Shown in pieces: positions 29,771-38,693 of a stretch of DNA of 64,000 bases. Numbering within the stretch: position 1 is the first letter of the stretch; every line of letters begins with the position of its first letter. The stretch is from Nitrospinota bacterium (lineage in GTDB: Bacteria > UBA8248): contig JAPOYD010000021.1 of assembly GCA_026706735.1 (NCBI GenBank), positions 5,659 through 69,658 of the forward strand, in the 5' to 3' direction. Both the position numbers and the translations under genes were made by a program. Below the pieces are notes generated by a model. It did not search any database. It saw only the letters and a program-made list of their open reading frames with translations, and was not told the origin of the DNA.

Positions 29771-30925
29771 TCACTCCACGTTCTCGCCGAAAGCGGCGAA
29801 GGCCAGCCCCGCGCACAGCGCCACCCCGGCGGCGACGTGGAGCAGCGTCACGAACCCCCATATCGGGAGCAGCCAGCCCGCCAGCAGCGCGCCGAGCGTG
29901 GAGCCGACCCCCCAGGTGGCGGCGCTGTAGAGGGACTGCGCGGTGTTCTTCGTCGCCTGGCTGCTCAGGCGGTCGACGTACTGGATCGCGCCCGCGTGAA
30001 AGACGCCGAAGGCGACGCCGTGCAGAAGCTGGATGAGGATGAGCAAAACTGCGTCCGTCGTAAGAGCGACGAACTCCCATCTCAAGCCTGCGGCGATCAT
30101 GCCGGCGGCTATCATCCACTTTAGGCCGAACTTTCTCTGGATGGCCTGCGCGTAGATGAGAAAAACGATTTCGCTCACCACGCCCACCGTCCAAGCCAGG
30201 GCGATGAGGTCTGCCGACATGCCCAGTTCTTTGAGCCTGATGCTGAAGTAAATCCCGAAGGGTCCGGCGGACACCGCGGCGAACATCGTGGTGAGAAGGA
30301 AGACGGCGAGCGGGCTGCTGCGGAGCAGGAGTTTCAAGTCGGCCCGGAAGCGCGGCCGCGCGGGGCCAACCTCCCTCGGCAGATGAAAGATCACGAAAAC
30401 GAGGGCGATTCCCACGCACGCCACGAACGGAAAGATGGAGGCGACACCGGTGGTCTCGACCAGACGGCCCGCCCCCATCGCCGCGACGATGAAGCCCAGC
30501 GACCCCCAAAGTCGCACCCGGCCGTACTGCGCGCCCGTGGCCTCTATCTCGCGCAAGCAAAGGTTCTCGGCTATCGGCACGAGGGGAGCTCTCAAGGCGG
30601 AGAAGAGCGTGATCAATATGAGCAGCGCGACAAAACCGCTCGCCCCCCACAAGAAGAGCGCCAGGAGAGAACTCGCTATGGCGCAGGTGAAGGCCACGCT
30701 GCGGCCCAGACGGAACTTGTCCGCAAGCGCTCCGAACAGGGGCGGCGCCAGCGCGTTCGAGAGGCGGGGTGCGGCGTTCAGCAGGCCGAGCTGGAACCCG
30801 CTCACGCCCACGGAATGATAAAAGATGTTCAGGAACGGGAGCATGACGCCGACGGCGAAAAAATGCAGGAAATAAAACGCGGGCATCCGCCAGAAGGGAA
30901 TCGCGCCGGGGACTTGCGCGCTCAT
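29771..30925 (-). CDS. MFS transporter.
   Basis: Twelve predicted transmembrane helices and an MFS-like sequence throughout. The overlapping 459-aa ORF on the same strand is Arg-rich noise. Confidence 0.8.
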   Translation of the reverse strand: MSAQVPGAIPFWRMPAFYFLHFFAVGVMLPFLNIFYHSVGVSGFQLGLLNAAPRLSNALAPPLFGALADKFRLGRSVAFTCAIASSLLALFLWGASGFVALLILITLFSALRAPLVPIAENLCLREIEATGAQYGRVRLWGSLGFIVAAMGAGRLVETTGVASIFPFVACVGIALVFVIFHLPREVGPARPRFRADLKLLLRSSPLAVFLLTTMFAAVSAGPFGIYFSIRLKELGMSADLIALAWTVGVVSEIVFLIYAQAIQRKFGLKWMIAAGMIAAGLRWEFVALTTDAVLLILIQLLHGVAFGVFHAGAIQYVDRLSSQATKNTAQSLYSAATWGVGSTLGALLAGWLLPIWGFVTLLHVAAGVALCAGLAFAAFGENVE

Positions 30926-31224
30926 GAGCGCGCGCAGAGATTACGGGGCACCTGGAACCTCTTAACCCGGGCGGGAAGACCCATTCGACCACGAAGGGAA
31001 AATGATTTCCACCCGGGCGGCGGTTTCTTCTTCGGCATGGTTTTGTTATTCTCCACGCGCGATGGATTGTTTTGTTCCAAACCTGATTATCGAACGCCGG
31101 GCGGACCGGGATTTGGCTTCCGCGACGGCGACTCCGGAAGCGACGAAAAGCGGGAAAACCCCCGTGGAAGGGGGAGATTCTTCTATCTTTTTCACCTCAT
31201 GGCAATACTTGCAGGAGCGAAATC

Positions 31225-32253
31225 ATGAGCACGAATAACCTGGCGGAAATCGCGGAGCAGATGGTGGCGCCCGGCAAAGGCATCCTCGCGGCGGACGAGA
31301 GTTCGGGCACGATTCAAAAGCGCCTCGACAGCATCGGCGTCGAATCCACCGAGGCGAACCGGCGCGCCTACCGCGAGCTTCTCTTCACGACGGAGGGAAT
31401 CGAGGAATACATCAGCGGCGTCATCCTCTTCGACGAAACGCTGCGCCAGAGCGCTGCGGACGGAACGAACTTCGGCGCGCTGCTCGCCTTGCGCGGCATC
31501 CTGCCCGGCATCAAGGTCGACAAGGGAGCGAAGGACCTGGCTTTCGCCCCGGGGGAGAAGGTCACCGAGGGCCTCGACGGCCTGCGCGAGCGGCTCAGCG
31601 AGTACGTCTCACTCGGCGCCACGTTCACCAAATGGCGCGCGGTGATCACCATCGGCGAGGGTATTCCCTCCGCCTATTGCATCGAGGCCAACGCGCACGG
31701 CCTCGCGCGCTACGCGGCGCTCTCCCAGGAGGCGGGCCTCGTCCCCATCGTGGAGCCCGAGGTGCTCATGGACGCGGACAACACCATCGAGGTCTGCGAG
31801 GAAGTGACGAACGAGACGCTCGAAAGCGTCTTCCACGCCTTGCACTTACACCGCGTCTCGCTCGAGGGCATGATCCTGAAACCGAACATGGTGATCTCGG
31901 GCAAGGGATGCCCGACGCAGGCGGGCGTGGGGGAAGTGGCCGAGGCCACGGTGCGCTCTCTCACGAGAAACGTGCCCGCCGCCGTGCCCGGCATCTGCTT
32001 CCTCTCGGGCGGACAGAGCGACGCGGTCGCCACCGCGCACTTAAACGCGATGAACGCGATGGGCCCCCACCCCTGGGAGCTCAGCTTCTCCTACGGCCGC
32101 GCGCTGCAGGCGCCCGCCCTCAAGGGCTGGGGCGGCGAGGCGGCGAACGCGCCCCTCGCCCAGAGGCTCTTCCTCCACCGGTGCAAGTGCAACGGCGCCG
32201 CGAGGGCGGGAGCGTACGAGGAGGCGATGGAAGGAGAAGTCGCCGCGGCATAA
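31225..32253 (+). CDS. Fructose-bisphosphate aldolase, class I.
   Basis: Class I FBA signatures ([10 protein letters not shown], the Schiff-base Lys region ILKPNMV, and a C-terminal SFSYGRALQ). Confidence 0.9.
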   Translation: MSTNNLAEIAEQMVAPGKGILAADESSGTIQKRLDSIGVESTEANRRAYRELLFTTEGIEEYISGVILFDETLRQSAADGTNFGALLALRGILPGIKVDKGAKDLAFAPGEKVTEGLDGLRERLSEYVSLGATFTKWRAVITIGEGIPSAYCIEANAHGLARYAALSQEAGLVPIVEPEVLMDADNTIEVCEEVTNETLESVFHALHLHRVSLEGMILKPNMVISGKGCPTQAGVGEVAEATVRSLTRNVPAAVPGICFLSGGQSDAVATAHLNAMNAMGPHPWELSFSYGRALQAPALKGWGGEAANAPLAQRLFLHRCKCNGAARAGAYEEAMEGEVAAA

Positions 32254-32291
32254 CCGCAGGAATAACCGCCCGCCAGGGAACAGGAGTGAGG

Positions 32292-33332
32292 ATGCAACAG
32301 GAAGCCGCCGCCGTCGGCACCACGAACTTCAAAGGCATGACGCTCGAGCGCCACATCCGCGAGGAGGAGAGAAACCACCCGGGCGCGCGGGGGCTCTTCA
32401 CCCGCCTCGTCACGCAGATCACCCTGGCCGCCAAGATCATCAACGCCGAGGTCAACAAGGCGGGCCTCGTGGACATCCTGGGCCTGACCGGCGAGGTCAA
32501 CGTGCAGGGCGAGGAAGTCCAGAAGCTCGACGAATACGCCAACGACGTGATGAGAAAGGCCCTCGACCACACCGGTTCGGTGGCCGCCCTGGCGAGCGAG
32601 GAGATGGAGGACGTCTACGTCATCCCCGGCGAATACATCGAGGGGGGCGAATACGTGGTGCTCTACGACCCGCTGGACGGCTCCTCGAACATCGACGTGA
32701 ACGTGAGCATCGGCTCGATCTTCTCCATCCTGCGCCGCAAGGGCGAGAGCGGCCCCACGGAGCTCGACGACTTCCTCCAGCCGGGCGTGTCCCAGATTTG
32801 CGCGGGCTACGTCATCTACGGCTCATCCACCATGCTGGTCTACACCACGGGCAACGGCGTCGACGGCTTCACGCTCGACCCCTCGGTGGGCGAGTTCTTT
32901 CTCTCCCATCCCGACATCCAGATTCCCGAGCGGGGGAAGATATACAGCATCAACGAGGGCAATTCCTCGAAATGGGACGAATCCACCTCCCGCTACATCA
33001 CGTACCTGAAAGAGGAAGACGCCGAATCGGGCCGCCCCTATTCGGGGCGCTACATCGGTTCGCTGGTGGCCGATTTCCACAGAAACCTCTTGAAGGGCGG
33101 CATCTTCCTCTATCCGGGCGACAAGAAAAACCCCAGCGGCAAGCTGCGTCTTCTCTATGAGTGCAACCCCATGTCCTTCATCGTGGAGCAGGCCGGGGGC
33201 GCAGCGAGCGACGGCCACCGCAGGATCATGGAGATCCAGCCCGAAAAGCTGCACCAGCGCGTTCCTTTCATCGTCGGAAGCAAGCACGACGTCGCCGACG
33301 CCATTCGCTTCATGTCCAGAGGGGGAAATTGA
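32292..33332 (+). CDS. fbp: Fructose-1,6-bisphosphatase class 1.
   Basis: FBPase I motifs ([34 protein letters not shown]). The start is reassigned to the ATG at 32292, which is preceded by GGAG. The upstream 5' extension of the ORF is R/G-rich noise. Confidence 0.9.
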   Translation: MQQEAAAVGTTNFKGMTLERHIREEERNHPGARGLFTRLVTQITLAAKIINAEVNKAGLVDILGLTGEVNVQGEEVQKLDEYANDVMRKALDHTGSVAALASEEMEDVYVIPGEYIEGGEYVVLYDPLDGSSNIDVNVSIGSIFSILRRKGESGPTELDDFLQPGVSQICAGYVIYGSSTMLVYTTGNGVDGFTLDPSVGEFFLSHPDIQIPERGKIYSINEGNSSKWDESTSRYITYLKEEDAESGRPYSGRYIGSLVADFHRNLLKGGIFLYPGDKKNPSGKLRLLYECNPMSFIVEQAGGAASDGHRRIMEIQPEKLHQRVPFIVGSKHDVADAIRFMSRGGN

Positions 33333-34232
33333 ATGCAGACGCATCGCCTCGCTTTTTTATTTCTCGTCACCATCCTTCTGACCGGCTGCGTGGGCATCGA
33401 AGACTATGAGCGAAAAACGGATGAAGCAGCAGGCCTCAGAGGCGAAATCGCGAAGTTCGAGGGTGAAATTAACGAACTTCGCCGGAAAATCGAGGAACTC
33501 GAAGGGCAAATCAAGCAAAAAGACCTCGATAATCAGGAACTCAGCCAGTCCCTCACCATGGCCAGGCGCCACAGCCAGCAGATAGAAACGCGCGTGGCCG
33601 ACCTGCGCGCGCAAATGACTTCCCAGCAATCACAGCAAACCGAGAGCGCCCAGAAGGTAGAGCGCCTGCAGCGCGCCCTGGAGAGCGCGCGCACGCGGGT
33701 CCGGGAGCTTCAGAAAAACCTCGTGGCCGCGCAAAAGAAACTCCTCCGCTTCGAGGACCGGATTCGCTTCCAGATCCAACTCGAAAAAGACATGAAGGCG
33801 CAACTCTCGAGAGAACGCCGACGCGGAATCGTTCAGGTCCGGCGCGAGGGCGACCGGGTGTTGATCAGCATCGCGAGCGCCATCCTCTTCAAGTCGGGAA
33901 GCGCGAAGATCCGCTCCGAAAGCAAAGCCCTGCTCGTCAAGTTCTCGAGTCTCCTGCGCCGCTACGCGAACCGCGAGGTGCAGGTGCAGGGGCACACCGA
34001 CAACGTGCAGATATCCGATCGCCTGGCGGAGCGCTGGGAGACGAACTGGGAGCTTTCCGCCGCACGCGCCACGCGGGTGCTGCGCTACTTCGTCGAGGTG
34101 GGAAACCTCGACCCGCGCCGGGTCTCGGGGGCGGGGATGGGCGAGTTCCGCCCGATCGCCGACAACGATACGCGCGAGGGCCGCCGGACGAACCGGCGAA
34201 TCGAAATCATCATCTATCCCCCCGATTCCTAG
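33333..34232 (+). CDS. OmpA/MotB-domain lipoprotein with an N-terminal coiled coil.
   Basis: A lipobox (LLTGC), a heptad-like coiled coil, and a C-terminal OmpA-like domain (...TDNVQISDRLAERWETNWELSAARA...NRRIEII). Confidence 0.8.
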   Translation: MQTHRLAFLFLVTILLTGCVGIEDYERKTDEAAGLRGEIAKFEGEINELRRKIEELEGQIKQKDLDNQELSQSLTMARRHSQQIETRVADLRAQMTSQQSQQTESAQKVERLQRALESARTRVRELQKNLVAAQKKLLRFEDRIRFQIQLEKDMKAQLSRERRRGIVQVRREGDRVLISIASAILFKSGSAKIRSESKALLVKFSSLLRRYANREVQVQGHTDNVQISDRLAERWETNWELSAARATRVLRYFVEVGNLDPRRVSGAGMGEFRPIADNDTREGRRTNRRIEIIIYPPDS

Positions 34233-34270
34233 CGGGGCTGTTGGAAAAAGCCCTGAGAGGGCAAAGGCAA

Positions 34271-34421
34271 CCCCCCCTACCCCCCTTGTCAGGGGGGTAA
34301 AAAGAAAAAAGCCCCCTTGATATGAGGGAGTTATTGCAGGGGCAGGAAAAAGCAAAGCCCCCTCTGCCCGGCGGGGGCGCATCGCCTTTTTATACCCCCC
34401 TGACAAGGGGGGTAGGGGGGG
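34271..34421. mobile_element. MITE-like element, family 3: inverted copies of CCCCCCCTACCCCCCTTGTCAGGGGGGTA flanking a roughly 90-bp spacer.
   Basis: The left arm is at 34271-34299 and its reverse complement at 34393-34421. A solo copy is at 61241-61270. Confidence 0.5.
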
Positions 34422-34516
34422 TTGGTTTTCAGGGCGGTGGAATGACGAGCGGGGCGGCTTTTTCAACAGCCCCCTGGTGGGCGGGCTCTCCCGCGCAGCA
34501 CCGTCAGAAAGGATTT

Positions 34517-35182
34517 TCCTTGATCCTCGAGCGGATACCCGTCGGCCCCTTCCAGGTGAACAGCTACGTCGTGGGCTGCGAGGAGACGAAAGAGGGCGCC
34601 TACATCGACCCGGGCGCGGAGGTGGAGCGCGTCATCGCGGCGGCGCACGGGCACGGCTTGAACCTCACCAAGATCATCGGCACCCACGCGCATATCGATC
34701 ACGCAGAAGGCGTCGCCGAGGCGAAGGAAAAGCTCAGGGTTCCCTACTGGCTCCACGAGGCGGAACTGTTCAACCTGCGCGACATACCGAACGCGGCGCG
34801 GGGCTACGGTTTCCCCGAACCGCCCGTCCCGGAGGTGGACGCGCACCTCGTGCCGGGCGATACGATCCTTGTGGGAAACCTGGAATTCGAGATCAGGCTC
34901 ACCGACGGGCACGCGCCGGGCAACGTAACGCTCTACCGGCCCGGAGACGAGAACGGGGCGGGGCACGCCATCGTCGGCGACGCCCTTTTCGCGGGCTCTA
35001 TCGGGCGGACCGACCTCTATATGGGCGACGGAGGCGTATTGTTGAACAGCATCCGGACGCAACTGCTCACCCTGCCGGACGACACCGTCGTGCATCCGGG
35101 CCACGGGCCGGAGACCACCATCGGCCACGAGAAAGCCACCAACCCATTCTGCCAGCCCGGAGCCGAACAATTTCTGATTTGA
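34517..35182 (+). CDS. MBL-fold metallo-hydrolase (glyoxalase II-like).
   Basis: The HxHxDH motif (THAHIDHAEG) and downstream His/Asp ligands. The start is tentative, a TTG at 34517. Upstream ORF residues fall inside the repeat element. Confidence 0.7.
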   Translation, partial: SLILERIPVGPFQVNSYVVGCEETKEGAYIDPGAEVERVIAAAHGHGLNLTKIIGTHAHIDHAEGVAEAKEKLRVPYWLHEAELFNLRDIPNAARGYGFPEPPVPEVDAHLVPGDTILVGNLEFEIRLTDGHAPGNVTLYRPGDENGAGHAIVGDALFAGSIGRTDLYMGDGGVLLNSIRTQLLTLPDDTVVHPGHGPETTIGHEKATNPFCQPGAEQFLI

Positions 35183-35223
35183 GCCCGGACGCCCCGCAGG
35201 CCCACCCCCATCTGGGAGGCGGC

Positions 35224-35727
35224 GTGAAGTTCTGCGTCGCCTGCGGGAGTCCGCTCCTCTTCCGCCCCTGGACGGAGGGGGACGGCACCATGCAGCTTTG
35301 CTGCAGCGCGGCCTCCTGCAACCACGTCCATTTCCTGGACCCCAAGGTAGCGGCCGGCGTCGTCGCGACGATAGGTGGCGAGGCCGTACTCGTGCGGCGC
35401 GCCCATAACCCCGGCAAGGGGCTCTGGACGTTCCCCGGCGGCTTCGTGAACCGGGGCGAGGTGGTCCCGGAAGCCGCCGCACGCGAGGCGTTTGAGGAGG
35501 CGGGAATTGAAGTGGCGGTGGAATCTCTCCTGGGGGTGTACTCGTTCGAGGGAAACGCCACCGTGCTTATCGTCTACACGGGCGCCGTGACGGGGGGCGC
35601 CCCGCGCGCCCTCGCCGAGACCACCGAGGTCAAGCTCGTCGCGCCCGATGCGATCGACTTCGACGAGCTCGCCTTCGACACCACGCGCGCCGCCATGCGC
35701 GACTGGCGGGAGCGGATGCGAGGGTAG
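35224..35727 (+). CDS. NUDIX hydrolase with an N-terminal zinc ribbon.
   Basis: A CxxC...CxxC zinc ribbon (CVACGS...CCSAASCNH) followed by the Nudix box GGFVNRGEVVPEAAAREAFEEAGIEV. The start GTG is preceded by GGAGG. Confidence 0.75.
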   Translation: MKFCVACGSPLLFRPWTEGDGTMQLCCSAASCNHVHFLDPKVAAGVVATIGGEAVLVRRAHNPGKGLWTFPGGFVNRGEVVPEAAAREAFEEAGIEVAVESLLGVYSFEGNATVLIVYTGAVTGGAPRALAETTEVKLVAPDAIDFDELAFDTTRAAMRDWRERMRG

Positions 35728-35802
35728 TTGTCCTAAAGAGAAAACCACGGGAATAGGATAATCGCGGAGGGTTGTCCATGCTGGCAAATCCGTCCACCAA
35801 GT

Positions 35803-36163
35803 CGTCATTCCGGCGAATGCCGGAATCCAGAAGAATTTCCTGATCCATGAAACAACTCTGCGTATACATTCTCGCAAGCAAGCGCAACGGTACACTCTAT
35901 ATCGGTGTTACGTCCGACCTCATCCGGCGGGTCTGGCAACACAAGAACAATGCGACGGGAGGCTTCACAAAGCGCTATGGTGTCCACACCCTGGTCTGGT
36001 ACGAGAGTCACGAAACCATGGATAGCGCGATTGTACATGAGAAGAGACTCAAAAACTGGCCAAGAGCGCGAAAGCTCTCATTGATTGAAACAGGCAATCC
36101 GAACTGGCGTGATTTGTATGAGGACCTCATCGGCTCTGGATTCCGGCATTCGCCGGAATGACG
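35803..36163 (+). mobile_element. GIY-YIG nuclease cassette bounded by inverted copies of a 28-bp palindrome (family 2: CGTCATTCCGGCGAATGCCGGAATCCAG).
   Basis: The left inverted repeat is at 35803-35830 and its reverse complement at 36136-36163. The right repeat encodes the last 7 codons and the stop of the enclosed gene. Confidence 0.55.
35847..36161 (+). CDS. GIY-YIG nuclease family protein (COG2827/UPF0213-like).
   Basis: GIY-YIG core (CVYILASKRNGTLYIGVTSDLIRRVWQH...E) in a protein of about 104 aa. Confidence 0.8.
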   Translation: MKQLCVYILASKRNGTLYIGVTSDLIRRVWQHKNNATGGFTKRYGVHTLVWYESHETMDSAIVHEKRLKNWPRARKLSLIETGNPNWRDLYEDLIGSGFRHSPE

Positions 36164-36363
36164 GTGTTAAGTCCGTGTGTGGCGAGAAGAGCGACAAGGT
36201 GCCTCCCTTGTATATGGTATAATTCCAGATGAACTGTACAGCATACCCCTAATCCAATCCCATAAGAGCAGACCCTTTGACCGTCCTGCGAAGCCCCTGC
36301 GCCTGTCCGAAAAAGGGGGAAATCACGGGAGGTTTCCCCTGCCGGCGAATCCGTCTCCCACGC

Positions 36364-36503
36364 CGTCATTCCGGCGAATGCCGGAATCCAGGGGCTTTGC
36401 TTTTTGTTCTTTGGCTATTATTCCAGGCGAATGAACGAGGAAATGGAACGCCGTAATTTACCCTTCTCATCGGCTCTGGATTCCGGCATTCGCCGGAATG
36501 ACG
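36364..36503. mobile_element. Family-2 MITE-like element (a 28-bp inverted-repeat pair around an 84-bp spacer) carrying a degenerate 3' remnant of the GIY-YIG gene.
   Basis: The inverted repeats are at 36364-36391 and 36476-36503. The spacer ends ...CTCATCGGCTCTGGATTCC, matching the 3' end of the intact gene. Confidence 0.55.
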
Positions 36504-36607
36504 ATCAAAGACCGTCACGGCAACCGACTCACAGGAGTTTCCCGGCACCCCTCAAGGGGGAGTGAATTCCTTCTTCATCGCTCCCGCGGGCGGCCCTCTC
36601 GGCCCCC

Positions 36608-36943
36608 CTACGATGCCCCCACATAAACAAGCGCGCCGGGTTTGAGGGGGGCGTTCTTCTTCGGTTTTTTCACCCGCAACTCCACCGTCATGCCCAGCTT
36701 GACCATGAAGTCGATCAGCCTTCCGCGGGAGAAGCGCGAGAGCTTCTCGTTCATGAGATACGAGGCCTCGGGTTGTTTGATGTCGAGAATGCGCATCACT
36801 TCCTTTTGGGTCAGTTTTCTCGACTGAATCGTATTCGATACCTCGCTCAGGAGTTGCGACCTCAGCTGTATCTCATCCGCTTTCGGGTGTCCCAGATCCT
36901 TGAAGATATTGTGGCTTCCCTTGAAAATTTCAAATTCACTCAT
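36608..36943 (-). CDS. higA: HigA-family antitoxin (XRE-type HTH).
   Basis: An HTH_XRE protein of about 110 aa immediately downstream of a RelE/HigB-like toxin, which is the HigB-HigA gene order. Confidence 0.75.
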   Translation of the reverse strand: MSEFEIFKGSHNIFKDLGHPKADEIQLRSQLLSEVSNTIQSRKLTQKEVMRILDIKQPEASYLMNEKLSRFSRGRLIDFMVKLGMTVELRVKKPKKNAPLKPGALVYVGAS

Positions 36944-36955
36944 CTATCAACCTCC

Positions 36956-37335
36956 TCATTCCGCACTTTCTTGATTTTTCATATATTCAATCAATCCCCT
37001 GAGATTGGCCTCGATGATCCGCATCTCCCGCCGAGGCGTTCGGATTCCTCTTTTCGATTTCTTTTGAAAGACGTGCAGAACACAAACGGCCGCCCTGAAT
37101 TTCACCGTGTAAATCGCCCGATACGCGTCACCGCCGCGATTTTCAACAATCTCTAACACCCGGCGCCCCTGAAACCCTTCAGCGGTTTGGCGGAGAGGGC
37201 TTTTCTTCCCCATTGAGCTACCTTCAAGGCGTAGAACATTCCCTCCTGCACCTCATGGGGAAATCGCTCAAACGCATCCTTGCTCCTGCCTAGCCACCAT
37301 ATCGGTTTGGGCGTCTTCGACCCGTTGCGCTGCAC
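36956..37335 (-). pseudogene. higB: HigB-family (Gp49/DUF891-like RelE superfamily) toxin disrupted by a 1-nt deletion in a G-run.
   Basis: The N-terminal ORF ends ...AKPLKGFRGAGC*. The C-terminal ORF continues ...VLEIVENRGGDAYRAIYTVKF...VLHVFQKKS in the -1 frame. Restoring one G in GCCGGG(G)TG gives the expected GFRGAGVLEIV. Confidence 0.7.
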
Positions 37336-37414
37336 GGAAATTGTTCATCCTTTCTCCTCGTGATTCGGCGGTGAGCATTCGCAGGAATACCGGGTGGGCC
37401 CTCGTCAATTGAAT

Positions 37415-37430
37415 ATAACATAATTGTTAT
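37415..37430. promoter_or_regulatory. Palindrome ATAACATAATTGTTAT upstream of higB, a candidate operator that overlaps a -10-like hexamer.
   Basis: A perfect 6-4-6 inverted repeat about 95 bp upstream of the higB start. Confidence 0.3.
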
Positions 37431-37621
37431 GCCAGTCAACGCCGGGCCGATCCAGTCGGGGTTCGAAAGCCGGGATTGTTGAAAAAGCCCTCGCTCGATC
37501 GGCTCCGATACCGGAATGACGGTGAACACTCCCGATCATATAATCGCGCCACCCGTTATGATCTTTCCGGTTCACGAGAGGCGCGCGCGGCGCGGCCTCT
37601 TATCCAATAAGGAGACGACAG

Positions 37622-38299
37622 ATGACGCTATCCGCTGAAACGCTCGCAAAGCTGAGAGATATCGACACCCCCACGGTTTCGAACGCCGTGGAATCGTTCG
37701 GCGTGCGCCCGAGGACGCTCGGCCACACCGACGCGAGCATCAAGTGCATGTTCCCCGAGATGGGCGTGGCGCTCGGCTATGCCGTGACATTCACGACGGG
37801 CGAATACGCGACCGGCGAGGAGCGGGCGCACGCATCGCGCATCGCGCTCTACGAGGCCGTGGCGGCGGCGCCCAAGCCCTGCGTCCTCGTGCAGCAGGAC
37901 GTCGGCCCCAGGCCCCGCTCGGCGTGCCTCTGGGGGGAGATCATGTCGAACCTGTTCTCGCGCCTGGGGGCGGAGGGCGTGGTGACGGACGGGGTGGTGC
38001 GGGATCCCGAGGAGATGCGCGCGGCGGGCTTCAAGACCTGGTGCGCGGGCATGACGGTCTCGCGCGGCGACGTGCGCGTGGTGGCGGTGAACACGCCCGT
38101 CTCGGTCGGCGGGATGGCCGTTGTGCCGGGCGACCTCATTCACGCGGATTCGGGCGGCGCGCTCGTGGTGCCGAAAGAAATCGCGGCGGAAGTGCCCGAC
38201 GCCGCCGAGCGCGTGCTCGCCAGGGAAGCGGATATACTCGACGCCATCCGCGCGGATGAGTTCAGTCTGGAGGACCTGGTGAAGCGGTTTTATTCGTGA
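37622..38299 (+). CDS. RraA-family protein (RNase E inhibitor RraA / HMG-CHA aldolase-like).
   Basis: RraA/MenG-like fold motifs (GDATRD-like VQQDVG, GEIMSN, GVVTDGVVRD). About 225 aa. Confidence 0.8.
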   Translation: MTLSAETLAKLRDIDTPTVSNAVESFGVRPRTLGHTDASIKCMFPEMGVALGYAVTFTTGEYATGEERAHASRIALYEAVAAAPKPCVLVQQDVGPRPRSACLWGEIMSNLFSRLGAEGVVTDGVVRDPEEMRAAGFKTWCAGMTVSRGDVRVVAVNTPVSVGGMAVVPGDLIHADSGGALVVPKEIAAEVPDAAERVLAREADILDAIRADEFSLEDLVKRFYS

Positions 38300-38693
38300 G
38301 GGGGGCAAGTTGTTCAGGATTTTTTTAACAACTGTCTCGGACGGCAAGGATTATCACGTTCGCCATGATGCTTTCGGACGCACCCGGCCTTTTTCTCGGG
38401 AAGGCCGGTTCGATGGAGGGCCAATCGCGACGGAGGATAGAGCGATTGCATCTTTTCTTATCAGGCATCCCCTCCTTCCTCAGCCGCAACAAACTCTCCC
38501 TTCATAGACGACAAATTCGCTCGAACCAACACCGCGCATGCGCCTTCTAGGCGTCATCGCGCGGTTGCAAAGGCTTCGTGCGTCAATTATATATTCTCAA
38601 TCGTTGTTTCCATCATGCGCGGAGGATCCAGGCCGTTCCACGCCAGCGGTTTTCGCCGTCAGCGCGGTCGCTCATCGAGAGAGAAGCGTTCAG

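Noticed and set aside
31632-32291. The 5' extension of the fbp ORF (566 aa in the track).
   Set aside because: The extension overlaps the aldolase gene in another frame and reads as R/G-rich noise. FBPase similarity begins at the ATG at 32292, which has a GGAG RBS.
36163-36363. The ORF 36177..36434 and others across the inter-element spacer.
   Set aside because: They are short, overlap palindromes, and have no RBS or similarity. The region is better explained as spacer between two family-2 elements.
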